From the NCBI GenBank assembly GCA_947630765.1, contig CANRIX010000002.1:103387-167386 (forward strand): DNA of 64,000 nucleotides, given 5' to 3'. Both the position numbers and the translations under genes were made by a program. The notes beneath the pieces are model-generated. The model was not told the origin of the DNA. It saw only the letters and a program-made list of their open reading frames with translations, and ran no database searches. Shown piece by piece: positions 35,562-44,150 of this stretch (positions are counted from its first letter, which is position 1; every line of letters starts with the position of its first letter). The stretch comes from an uncultured Clostridia bacterium (GTDB taxonomy: Bacteria > Bacillota > Clostridia > Oscillospirales > CAG-382).

Positions 35562-36818
35562 TTGGAAGAGAACCGTTTCTTTGTGGACGCCGACACGCTC
35601 TCCCCGGAGGCGCTTGCGCGGAAGCACAAGCTGGAAAACGATCCGACCTGCCGGACTGACCCGACGCAGTACCTGCCGGGCATGGAAGTCCTGCAGTCGG
35701 ACATCCGCGAACGGGTGCTTTCGCAGGTCGCGTCGTACGACCCCGCCCGCTACACCGCGTCCGACGTCCGCGCGGCGCTCGAACGGCGCACCTGCACGGT
35801 CGAGGACCTCAAAGCCCTGCTTTCCCCGGCCGCCGAGCCGTTTCTGGAGAAGCTGGCGTGCCGCGCAAAGGCGGAGACCGAAAAGCACTTCGGCAACACG
35901 GTCTACCTGTTCACCCCGCTGTACCTGTCGAATTACTGCGAAAACTACTGCGTCTACTGCGGATTCAACTGCTATAACCGCATCCGCCGGGGCAAGCTGA
36001 CTGCCGAACAGACCGAGCACGAGATGCAGGTCATCGCGTCGTCCGGCATGGAGGAGATCCTGCTTTTGACCGGCGAAAGCCGCAGCCAAAGCGACCTGAC
36101 CTATATCGGCGACGCCTGCAGGCTCGCCCGGAAGTATTTCCGCACGGTCGGGCTCGAGGTCTACCCGGTCAACACGGACGAGTACCGCTATCTGCACGAA
36201 TGCGGGGCGGATTTCGTGACGGTCTTTCAGGAGACGTACGACCTGTGCGCGTACGAAAAACTGCACCTGCTCGGGCATAAGCGGGTGTTCCCGTATCGGT
36301 TCGACGCGCAGGAACGCGCTCTGCGCGGCGGAATGCGCGGCGTAGCGTTTTCGGCGCTGCTCGGGCTTGCGGACTTCCGAAAGGACGCGCTCGCGACGGC
36401 GCTGCACGCCTACTATCTGCAGCGCAAGTACCCGCAGGCGGAAATTTCGCTGTCCTGCCCGCGTCTGCGCCCGATTTTGAATAACGAAACCATTCGCCCT
36501 ATGGACGTCGGGGAAAAGCAGCTCTGCCAGATCCTCTGCGCCTATCGGCTGTTCCTGCCGTTCGCGGGCATCACGGTTTCCTCCCGCGAAAGCGCCCGTT
36601 TCCGGGACGGCATCGTCCGCATCGCGGCGACGAAGGTATCCGCCGGGGTATCGACCGGCATCGGCGACCACGAAAGCAAGTACGCGGGCGAATCGGCGGA
36701 GGATCGAACCGGGGACGAGCAGTTCGAGATCGACGACGCCAGAAGCCTGAACCGCATGTACCGGGACCTGTCGGACGGCGGACTGCAGCCGGTCCTGAAC
36801 GATTCGCTGTATGTCTGA
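35562..36818 (+). CDS. thiH: 2-iminoacetate synthase (radical SAM tyrosine lyase)
   Basis: CENYCVYCGF radical-SAM motif, and thiG-thiH adjacency. Confidence 0.9.
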   Translation: MEENRFFVDADTLSPEALARKHKLENDPTCRTDPTQYLPGMEVLQSDIRERVLSQVASYDPARYTASDVRAALERRTCTVEDLKALLSPAAEPFLEKLACRAKAETEKHFGNTVYLFTPLYLSNYCENYCVYCGFNCYNRIRRGKLTAEQTEHEMQVIASSGMEEILLLTGESRSQSDLTYIGDACRLARKYFRTVGLEVYPVNTDEYRYLHECGADFVTVFQETYDLCAYEKLHLLGHKRVFPYRFDAQERALRGGMRGVAFSALLGLADFRKDALATALHAYYLQRKYPQAEISLSCPRLRPILNNETIRPMDVGEKQLCQILCAYRLFLPFAGITVSSRESARFRDGIVRIAATKVSAGVSTGIGDHESKYAGESAEDRTGDEQFEIDDARSLNRMYRDLSDGGLQPVLNDSLYV

Positions 36819-37416
36819 GCTGCTTTGCGTCACAAACCGTTCGCTCTGCGCCGACCGATTCGACGAACGGGTGCGGAAAATTGCCGAAGCGGGGGTGAAG
36901 GCGGTCATTCTGCGGGAGAAAGACCTGCCCGAAGCCGCCTATGCGGCGCTTGCGCGGGAGATCCTCGCCGTCTGCGCCGAAAGCGGGACAATGTGCGTCC
37001 TGCATACGCATTCCCGTGTTTCGGCGGCGCTCGGCTGCGGGGCGGTGCATCTGCCGCTGCCGGTCCTGCGGCGAATGACCGAAACGGAGCGCTCGTCGTT
37101 CGACATTCTCGGCGCTTCCTGCCATTCGGCGGAGGACGCGCGGGAAGCGGAGTCACTCGGCTGTACCTACCTCGTCGCGGGGCATATCTTCGCGACCGAC
37201 TGCAAGCGCGGGATCCCGCCGCGTGGAACGGACTTCCTGCGGGTGGTGTGCGGCGCGGTGTCCTTGCCGGTCTACGCGATCGGCGGGGTGACGCCGGAAA
37301 CGTTCCCGTCCGTCCTCGCCTGCGGCGCGGCGGGCGCGTGTGTCATGAGCGGGTTGATGCGCTGCGGGGATCCGCGTGCGTATGTCCGCGCCTTTACGGG
37401 GGAGGGGAAACCTTGA
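36811..37416 (+). CDS. tenI: TenI-like ThiE-family protein (probable thiazole tautomerase)
   Basis: ThiE fold with GHIFATDCKRGIPPRG, which closely resembles the TenI signature region. 8-nt overlap with thiH. Confidence 0.65.
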   Translation: MSELLCVTNRSLCADRFDERVRKIAEAGVKAVILREKDLPEAAYAALAREILAVCAESGTMCVLHTHSRVSAALGCGAVHLPLPVLRRMTETERSSFDILGASCHSAEDAREAESLGCTYLVAGHIFATDCKRGIPPRGTDFLRVVCGAVSLPVYAIGGVTPETFPSVLACGAAGACVMSGLMRCGDPRAYVRAFTGEGKP

Positions 37417-38051
37417 AGGAACAAACCTATCTGCTGTACGCCGTGACCGATTTTTCGGGAACGGACGCGTGCGGGCGGACGCTGTACGAGCGTGTGGAGA
37501 AAGCGCTGGAAGGCGGCGTGACCTGTGTGCAGCTCCGCGAAAAGCAGCGGGGATTTTCGGACCTGCTGCGGGACGCGCGGGAACTGCGGGCGCTCTGCCA
37601 TCGGTTCGGCGTTCCGCTGCTTATCGACGACGACGTGGAGGTCGCCCTGCAAAGCGGCGCGGACGGCGTACACGTCGGTGCGGAGGATACGCCGGTCGCG
37701 GAGGCGCGGAAACGGTGCGGGCCGTCCTTCTGCGTCGGCGCGACTGCCAAGACCGTCGAACAGGCCCGCCGTGCCGAAGCGGACGGGGCGGATTACCTCG
37801 GCGTGGGCGCTCTGTTCCCTTCGCCGACCAAACCGAATGCGATCCCCGTTTCGCGGGAACGACTGCGGGAAATCTGCCACGCGGTCCGTATCCCGTGCGT
37901 CGCCATCGGCGGGATCACGGCGGAGCGGGTCCCGTCGCTCGCGGGGACCGGGATCAGCGGGATCGCGGTGGTTTCGGCGCTCTTCAGCGCGGCGGACGTG
38001 CGAAAAGCGGCAGAAAAACTGCTTGACGCCGCCCGCGCGGTCGTGAAATGA
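37413..38051 (+). CDS. thiE: Thiamine-phosphate synthase
   Basis: LYAVTD...VQLREK...GADGVHVG...ADYLGVGALFPSPTK...VAIGGI. TTG 37413 overlaps the tenI stop (TTGA). Confidence 0.85.
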   Translation: MKEQTYLLYAVTDFSGTDACGRTLYERVEKALEGGVTCVQLREKQRGFSDLLRDARELRALCHRFGVPLLIDDDVEVALQSGADGVHVGAEDTPVAEARKRCGPSFCVGATAKTVEQARRAEADGADYLGVGALFPSPTKPNAIPVSRERLREICHAVRIPCVAIGGITAERVPSLAGTGISGIAVVSALFSAADVRKAAEKLLDAARAVVK

Positions 38052-38677
38052 TGCGCGGCGCGCTCTTCGACGCGGACGGAACGCTCCTCGATTCGCTCGC
38101 TCTCTGGGAGGACCTCGGCGCACGGTACCTCGCACGGCACGGCGTCCCCGCGCCGCCGTCGCTGGACGAAATCCTTTCCCCGCTGACGCTCGCGGAAAGC
38201 AGCGTTTACCTGTGCGAGCGGTTTTCCCTGCCGGATGCGCCGAAAGACGTCGAACGGGCACTTCGCGAGATGCTGTCCGACGGCTATCGCCGGACGGTTC
38301 CGCTGCGTCCCGGCGTCCGCGCGTTCTTAGACAGGCTGTCGGCGCGGGGCGTCCCCATGGCGGTCGTGTCGGCGGGGGACGGGGAACTGCTGGAAGCGGC
38401 GTTCGGGCGGCTGGACGTGCGGCGGTATTTCCGCGCCGTCCTGACCTGCGACGGCGTCGGCGCGGGAAAACGCGTTCCGTCGGTCTACTTCGCGGCGGCG
38501 GCTCTGCTCGGCGCGGAGGCGCGGGAGGTATACGTTTTTGAGGACGATCCGAACGCGTTGCAATGCGCGATGACGGCGGGATTTCGCGGGGTGTCGGTCG
38601 GCGAACCGACGCGCGGTGCGCTTTGGTTTCCGGATTTTCGCGACGCGGAAGCGTTCTTTCGCCGGATTGGAGGTTGA
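38048..38677 (+). CDS. HAD-family hydrolase embedded in the thi operon (candidate thiamine-monophosphate phosphatase)
   Basis: ALFDADGTLLDS motif I and FEDDPNALQ motif. ATGA overlap with thiE. Confidence 0.7.
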   Translation: MMRGALFDADGTLLDSLALWEDLGARYLARHGVPAPPSLDEILSPLTLAESSVYLCERFSLPDAPKDVERALREMLSDGYRRTVPLRPGVRAFLDRLSARGVPMAVVSAGDGELLEAAFGRLDVRRYFRAVLTCDGVGAGKRVPSVYFAAAALLGAEAREVYVFEDDPNALQCAMTAGFRGVSVGEPTRGALWFPDFRDAEAFFRRIGG

Positions 38678-38685
38678 TTCCCGAA

Positions 38686-39510
38686 ATGAAAACCGTTTTG
38701 ACCGTCGCCGGCAGTGACCCGAGCGGCGGAGCCGGCATCCAGGCGGACCTGAAGACCATGACCGCCCACGGCGTATACGGCATGAGTGTCCTAACCGCCC
38801 TGACCGCCCAGAACACCTGCGGCGTGACCGGCATCCACGAGGTCCCGCCCGATTTTCTGGCGCTGCAGCTGGACGCGGTGTTCTCCGATATCCGCCCCGA
38901 CGCGATAAAACTCGGAATGCTCGCCTCGGCGCCGCTGATTCGCGTGCTTGCGGCGAAATTGCGGGAGGAATCGGGCATTCCAATCGTGCTCGACCCGGTC
39001 ATGGTGTCCACGAGCGGCAGCCGCCTGCTCGACCCGGACGCGGTCGACGCTCTGCAGACCGAGCTGTTCCCGCTCGCGACGCTGCTGACCCCGAATCTGC
39101 CCGAAACGGAAGCGCTGACCGGGCGAACCATCCGCAGCGTCGACGAACTTTGCGAAGCGGCGAGGGAACTGCACGCCCGCTTCGGCTGCGCGGTGCTCTG
39201 CAAGGGCGGGCACCTCGCCGGGACCGCCGACGACCTGCTCTGCGCCGACGGAAGGGTCCGCCGCTACACTGCCGAACGCGTCGAAACCAAGAACACCCAT
39301 GGGACCGGCTGCACGCTGTCGAGCGCCATCGCCTGTTCCCTCGCGCAGGGGTACCCGCTCGCGGAAGCGGTTTCCCGCGCCAAATCCTACCTGACCGGCG
39401 CACTCGCGGACGGGCTGTCGCTCGGTCACGGGAACGGACCCGTCAATCACGCCTACTGCCTGCGCGGCACGCCGTTCGCGGGCGAATACACCGAGGAAAA
39501 GAGAGGATAA
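38686..39510 (+). CDS. thiD: Hydroxymethylpyrimidine/phosphomethylpyrimidine kinase
   Basis: MKTVLTVAGSDPSGGAGIQADLKT N-terminus and HGTGCTLSSAI motif. Start trimmed to ATG 38686. Confidence 0.9.
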   Translation: MKTVLTVAGSDPSGGAGIQADLKTMTAHGVYGMSVLTALTAQNTCGVTGIHEVPPDFLALQLDAVFSDIRPDAIKLGMLASAPLIRVLAAKLREESGIPIVLDPVMVSTSGSRLLDPDAVDALQTELFPLATLLTPNLPETEALTGRTIRSVDELCEAARELHARFGCAVLCKGGHLAGTADDLLCADGRVRRYTAERVETKNTHGTGCTLSSAIACSLAQGYPLAEAVSRAKSYLTGALADGLSLGHGNGPVNHAYCLRGTPFAGEYTEEKRG

Positions 39511-39516
39511 ACGCAT

Positions 39517-40830
39517 ATGCAAACCTACTACACGCAGATGGAAGCCGCGAAGAAGGGCGTCGTCACGCCGGAAATGAAGCTGGTCGCCGAAAAGGAGCAC
39601 CTGTCGGTCGAGGCCCTGCGCGAGCGGGTCGCCCGCGGTACGGTCGCGATCCCGTGCAACCGCCTGCACAAATCCATCTCCGCCGAGGGGATCGGCGAAG
39701 GGTTACGCACCAAGATCAACGTCAATTTGGGCATTTCCGGCGACTGCAAGGACTATACGCTGGAAATGCAGAAGGTGGATATGGCGCTCCGCTTCGGCGC
39801 GGAAGCGATCATGGACTTAAGCAACTACGGGAAAACCAATACGTTTCGACAGGCGCTGGTCGAAAAGTCCCCGGCGATGATCGGGACGGTCCCGATGTAC
39901 GACGCGATCGGCTACCTCGAAAAGGATCTGCGGGACATCACCGCTTCCGACTTCCTGCGGGTCGTGCGGGCGCACGCCGAAGAGGGCGTGGACTTCATGA
40001 CCATTCACGCCGGGATCAACCGCCGTGCGGTCGAAGCGCTCAAGCGGGACAAACGGCGCATGAACATCGTTTCCCGCGGTGGGTCGCTGCTGTTCGCCTG
40101 GATGGAAATGACCGGCAACGAGAACCCGTTCTACGAGCATTACGACGAATTGCTCGACCTTTTGCGGGAATATGACGTCACGATCAGCCTCGGCGACGCC
40201 CTGCGTCCCGGCTGTCTCGATGACAGCACCGACGGCGGACAGATCGCCGAACTGGTCGAACTCGGCGCTTTGACCGAACGCGCGTGGGCGAAGGACGTGC
40301 AGGTGCTGGTCGAGGGTCCGGGACATATGGCGATGAACGAGATCCAAGCGAACATGAAGCTGCAAAAGCGGCTTTGCCACAACGCACCGTTCTATGTGCT
40401 CGGTCCGATCGTGACGGACATCGCTCCGGGGTACGATCACATCACCTCCGCCATTGGCGGGGCGATCGCCGCCGCGAGCGGTGCGGACTTCCTGTGCTAC
40501 GTCACGCCGGCGGAGCATCTGCGCCTGCCGGACCTCAGCGACGTCAAGGAGGGCGTGATCGCCAGTCGGATCGCCGCCCACGCGGCGGACATCGCGAAGG
40601 GGATCCCGCACGCGACCGACGTCGACAATGCGATGGCGGACGCTCGGCGGAAGCTGGATTGGGAGGCAATGTTCGCCTGTGCGCTGGACCCGGAGAAGGC
40701 CCGCGCCTATTACGAGAGCGTCCCGCCGACGGAAAAGCACACCTGCTCGATGTGCGGCAAGATGTGCGCCGTCCGCACGACCAACCGCATCCTCAACGGC
40801 GAATGCGTGGAATTTGAACCGAAAACGTGA
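39517..40830 (+). CDS. thiC: Phosphomethylpyrimidine synthase (radical SAM)
   Basis: 437 aa with a C-terminal CSMCG..C cluster motif. Highly conserved ThiC core. Confidence 0.95.
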   Translation: MQTYYTQMEAAKKGVVTPEMKLVAEKEHLSVEALRERVARGTVAIPCNRLHKSISAEGIGEGLRTKINVNLGISGDCKDYTLEMQKVDMALRFGAEAIMDLSNYGKTNTFRQALVEKSPAMIGTVPMYDAIGYLEKDLRDITASDFLRVVRAHAEEGVDFMTIHAGINRRAVEALKRDKRRMNIVSRGGSLLFAWMEMTGNENPFYEHYDELLDLLREYDVTISLGDALRPGCLDDSTDGGQIAELVELGALTERAWAKDVQVLVEGPGHMAMNEIQANMKLQKRLCHNAPFYVLGPIVTDIAPGYDHITSAIGGAIAAASGADFLCYVTPAEHLRLPDLSDVKEGVIASRIAAHAADIAKGIPHATDVDNAMADARRKLDWEAMFACALDPEKARAYYESVPPTEKHTCSMCGKMCAVRTTNRILNGECVEFEPKT

Positions 40831-40865
40831 AAAACCGTTCGGTTTTCCCCGCTTGCATTGAAAAA

Positions 40866-40917
40866 ACGGGAAGGCGCTGTCCTTAGAGACCGCGTCTTCC
40901 CGTTGTATTTTTTTTTG
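40866..40917. terminator. Bidirectional terminator between thiC and the ParB-like gene
   Basis: AAAAAACGGGAAGGCGC...GCGTCTTCCCGT followed by TGTATTTTTTTTT. Confidence 0.65.
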
Positions 40918-40921
40918 AACC

Positions 40922-41848
40922 CTAAGTTCTCTGCACCTGTTTGGGGACGAACAGGCGGATCTCAAACCCGTTTTCGGTCTCCTGCTTCTGCTGGACGGTC
41001 TGGAAGCCCGCTTCGTCCAGCAGCGAGAGCGCCCGGTCGAGCGTGTTGAAGAAGAACCGCACGTCCCGGATCAGTGCGACGCGGGTGCGCCGTTTCCCGT
41101 TCGCGTCCTTTTCGGTCTGCTCCATGGGTTCGGACGACTCCGTCTGCACGTCGGGCTGCCCATGGTTGAACTGGTCGGCGAGCAGCTCCGTCTCGGCGGC
41201 GGAAAGCCCTTCGTTGATGACCTGCAGGATCGCTTTCCTGCGCATAGATTCGTCCGTGATCTTCAGGAACGCACGCGCGTGCCGCTCGCCCAGCCCGTTT
41301 TCGGCGATCAACTGCCGCTCCTCCTGCGTCAGGCGAAGCAGCCGCAGCTTGTTGGAAAGCGCCGACGGACTGATGGACAGCCGGGACGCCAGTTCCGCCT
41401 GCGGCAGGGAAGTCATCAGCAGCAGGGTGCGGATCGCTTCCGCTTCCTCGAAGAAGCCGAGGTCCCGCCGCTGGAGGTTCTCCACCAGCGCAAGCTCCGC
41501 CGATTCCCTGCGGTCGACGCTGCGAATGACGCAGGGGATCCGCTCCAGCCCCGCCATGCGGGCCGCCCGCCAGCGTCTCTCCCCGGCGACGATCTCGAAG
41601 CTCGCGCCCCGGATGTTCTCCGGGAACGGCTTCGACTCCGCTTCGCGCACCGTGACAGGTTGAAGCATCCCGTGCAGGCGGATGCTCTCCGCGAGCGCCT
41701 CCAATGCCGCCTCGTCGAAAGCACGCCTCGGCTGCATCGGATTCGGTTCAAGCTCGTCGGTCGGTAAAAACACCACCTTCCCGAATCTGGCTTTTGCATT
41801 CTTGGCGTGTGCGCCGGCACTTTCCGGCTTTCTCAACAGCGGCAGCAT
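40922..41848 (-). CDS. ParB/Spo0J/Noc-family protein (orphan; no parA nearby)
   Basis: ParB N-terminal box with GERRWRAA, an HTH (QAELASRLSISPSALSNKLRLL) and a divergent C-terminal third. Confidence 0.75.
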   Translation of the reverse strand: MLPLLRKPESAGAHAKNAKARFGKVVFLPTDELEPNPMQPRRAFDEAALEALAESIRLHGMLQPVTVREAESKPFPENIRGASFEIVAGERRWRAARMAGLERIPCVIRSVDRRESAELALVENLQRRDLGFFEEAEAIRTLLLMTSLPQAELASRLSISPSALSNKLRLLRLTQEERQLIAENGLGERHARAFLKITDESMRRKAILQVINEGLSAAETELLADQFNHGQPDVQTESSEPMEQTEKDANGKRRTRVALIRDVRFFFNTLDRALSLLDEAGFQTVQQKQETENGFEIRLFVPKQVQRT

Positions 41849-41890
41849 TTTTTGACAGTCCTTTCCTTTGCCTTGTTTTTCGTGAAATGG

Positions 41891-41934
41891 AAATACGATA
41901 TGGTTTCCTGTCTGCAGTATACCATATCGTATTT
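41891..41934. promoter_or_regulatory. Perfect 14-bp inverted repeat (AAATACGATATGGT-N16-ACCATATCGTATTT) upstream of the ParB-like gene and downstream of truB
   Basis: Arms read directly at 41891-41904 and 41921-41934. Candidate operator or weak terminator. Confidence 0.4.
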
Positions 41935-41960
41935 GTCATATTCTGCCACATTATGGGACA

Positions 41961-42857
41961 TCAGAAGAATATTTTTGCGCTAATATAGAGATTTTCGTCC
42001 ATTTTTGCGACTTGCCCGACGAGAAACCGTCCGTCCGGCGCGTGCGTCCGAAACAGCGAACCTTCGGTCAGACCCGTCGGCAGGGAGGAGCGAACCTTTC
42101 CGCACAGGATGGTTTCGCCGTTGCCGAAAAGGCGGGCGAAGAACGGCGGAAGCGCGACTTCCGGCAGGTCGACGAACAGCTCCTCCGGCGAAAGCAGCGC
42201 CTGTTCGACCCGTTCGGGGGAAGCGCTTCGCAGTTCGTCCAGCGGGATGCTTTGCGCGAGCGTGAACCGCCCGACAGACGTCCGCCGCAGCGACTGCATG
42301 CACGCCCCGCACCCGAGCGATGCGCCGATGTCGGCGCACAGCGTGCGGATATACGTCCCGCGCGAACAGCGCACGTCCAGCCGAAGTTCGCCGTCCTGCT
42401 CGTAGGCGCGCAGGGAATGGACGGTCACCTTTCGCGGCGCACGCTCGACGGTCACGCCCTGCCGCGCAAGGTCGACCAGCTTCTGTCCGTTGCGCTTGAG
42501 CGCGGAATACATCGGCGGGACCTGTTCGATCTCCCCGCAAAAGGTTTCCGCGACCTCGCGGAAGCGTTCAAACGGGGGCAGAGCGCCGTCGAAACGGGTC
42601 AATACCTGCCCGGTCACGTCCTCGGTGTCCGTCGTCACGCCCAGTCGGACGGAGGCGGTGTAGGTCTTTTCGTGGTCCATCAGCAGCTCGCACGCCTTGG
42701 TCGCTTTGCCGACCATGATGGGCAGGACACCGCTCGCAAGCGGGTCGAGCGTGCCACAATGACCGACCCGACGTTCCCCCGTGACCTTGCGGACCGCGTT
42801 GATGACCACCTGCGACGTGATCCCGGTCGGCTTATCGACCACCAGCACCCCGTTCAA
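41961..42857 (-). CDS. truB: tRNA pseudouridine(55) synthase
   Basis: VLVVDKPTGITS and GHCGTLDPLASGVLP motifs. TTG start 42857 overlaps the upstream stop (TTGA) after GGAAGGAG. Confidence 0.9.
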   Translation of the reverse strand: MNGVLVVDKPTGITSQVVINAVRKVTGERRVGHCGTLDPLASGVLPIMVGKATKACELLMDHEKTYTASVRLGVTTDTEDVTGQVLTRFDGALPPFERFREVAETFCGEIEQVPPMYSALKRNGQKLVDLARQGVTVERAPRKVTVHSLRAYEQDGELRLDVRCSRGTYIRTLCADIGASLGCGACMQSLRRTSVGRFTLAQSIPLDELRSASPERVEQALLSPEELFVDLPEVALPPFFARLFGNGETILCGKVRSSLPTGLTEGSLFRTHAPDGRFLVGQVAKMDENLYISAKIFF

Positions 42858-43819
42858 AGCAGGACTCCTTCCACCTGCTCCAGCAGCGTCCGCCGCACGT
42901 CCGCGACCGTCCCGCCGCGGACCGAGAAGCCCGCCGCGTGGAAATGTCCGCCTCCGCCGAACGTAGCGGCGAGGGACGCGACGTCGACGTCCTCGTTCGA
43001 CCGCAGGGAGACCTTGATCTCCCCGTCCTTCGGGCGAATGACCGCAGACGCCTGCACTCCGGCGATTTGACGGGGGATCTGGTTGAGCCCTTCGCAGTCC
43101 TGCGCCGTCGCGCCGGCTTTTTCGAGGTCCTCCTGCGTCACGGCGAGCAGGGCGAACCGACCGCCGAAAAGCAGTTCCAGCCGCTCGTAGCCCAATTTCT
43201 CGATCGCGACCTCGACCGGGGTCTTGCATTCAAACAGCAGGCGGTTGATCCGGGCGAAATCGATGCCCGCTTCCATCAGCGAAGCCGCACACCGCATCGT
43301 GTCCGGGCGGGTGGACGCGTAGCGGAAGCCCCCGCTGTCCGAGCTGATGGCGGCGTACAGCGCTTCCGCAATGTCCGGCTCGCGCTCGAACGCAACCCCC
43401 AGTTCTTTCAGCAGCAGGAACACCAGTTCCCCGGCGGCGGGGAAGTCGTCGCGCAGGCACAGCCGTTCGCATTGCATGCTGTTGACCATGTGGTGGTCGA
43501 TGGAAAGCGCAAACACGAACGCCGATTCCGGCTCGGAAAGCAAACGCGGGGACGCGACGTCCACGCTGACGAGCGTGCGCCCTTCGAGTGGCGGCAGTTC
43601 CGGCAGAAAGACCTCCTCCGGGCGCAGGAAGGATAGCCGAGCGGGGACCCCCTCCCGGTTGAACGCATCCGCCTGCTTGCCGAGCTTCCGCAGGGCGAGG
43701 ACCAGCGCACGGGCGGAACCGACCGTGTCCGCGTCAGCAGAATTGTGGGTAAAAATCAGAAATCGGTCGCGTTCCCGGAAGAACGCGGCCGCTTCCGACT
43801 CAGAGATCCGAATGCTCAT
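42854..43819 (-). CDS. nrnA: DHH/DHHA1 phosphoesterase (NrnA-like oligoribonuclease/pAp phosphatase)
   Basis: FTHNSADADTVGS, DHH and GGGGHFHAAGF motifs. Confidence 0.8.
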   Translation of the reverse strand: MSIRISESEAAAFFRERDRFLIFTHNSADADTVGSARALVLALRKLGKQADAFNREGVPARLSFLRPEEVFLPELPPLEGRTLVSVDVASPRLLSEPESAFVFALSIDHHMVNSMQCERLCLRDDFPAAGELVFLLLKELGVAFEREPDIAEALYAAISSDSGGFRYASTRPDTMRCAASLMEAGIDFARINRLLFECKTPVEVAIEKLGYERLELLFGGRFALLAVTQEDLEKAGATAQDCEGLNQIPRQIAGVQASAVIRPKDGEIKVSLRSNEDVDVASLAATFGGGGHFHAAGFSVRGGTVADVRRTLLEQVEGVLL

Positions 43820-44150
43820 CGTGATACTCCTTGAGGATTTTTGCGATGTCCATCGCCTTTTCCGCGCCGTGCTCGCGGCGGAAGAGCAGTTTCGGGGTGA
43901 CGCGCAGGTTGAGCCGTCGCGCGAGTTCCCCCCGCAGGAAGCCGGAAGCGGACTGGATACCCGCCTCCACCTCCGTATCCGGCCCGAGCACGCTGTAGTA
44001 TACCACGGCCTGCGAGAGGTCGCGGGAAACCTGCGCCCCGGTGATGCTGATGAATGCGCGGCTGACGCGAGGATCCTTGACGGCGCGAAGGATCGCGGTC
44101 AGTTCGGTTGCGACCGCCTCATTGATGCGGTCCTGTCGGTAAGCGCCCAT
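43800..44150 (-). CDS. rbfA: Ribosome-binding factor A
   Basis: 116 aa from ATG 44150 (ATGA overlap with infB). Sequence RINEAVATELTAIL...ITGAQVSRDLSQAVVYYS. Confidence 0.85.
   Translation of the reverse strand: MGAYRQDRINEAVATELTAILRAVKDPRVSRAFISITGAQVSRDLSQAVVYYSVLGPDTEVEAGIQSASGFLRGELARRLNLRVTPKLLFRREHGAEKAMDIAKILKEYHDEHSDL

Noticed and set aside
34611-39203. Long minus-strand ORFs (34611-36908, 765 aa; 37272-39203, 643 aa) across the thiamine operon
   Set aside because: They are antisense to thiS/thiG/thiH and thiE/HAD/thiD, which are confidently identified. They are Arg/Pro/Gly-rich, with no motifs, SD or promoter.
41871-41890. CGTGAAA string resembling half of a parS site (TGTTNCACGTGAAACA) near the ParB-like gene
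   Set aside because: Only one half-site is present and the palindromic partner is missing, so it cannot be called parS.
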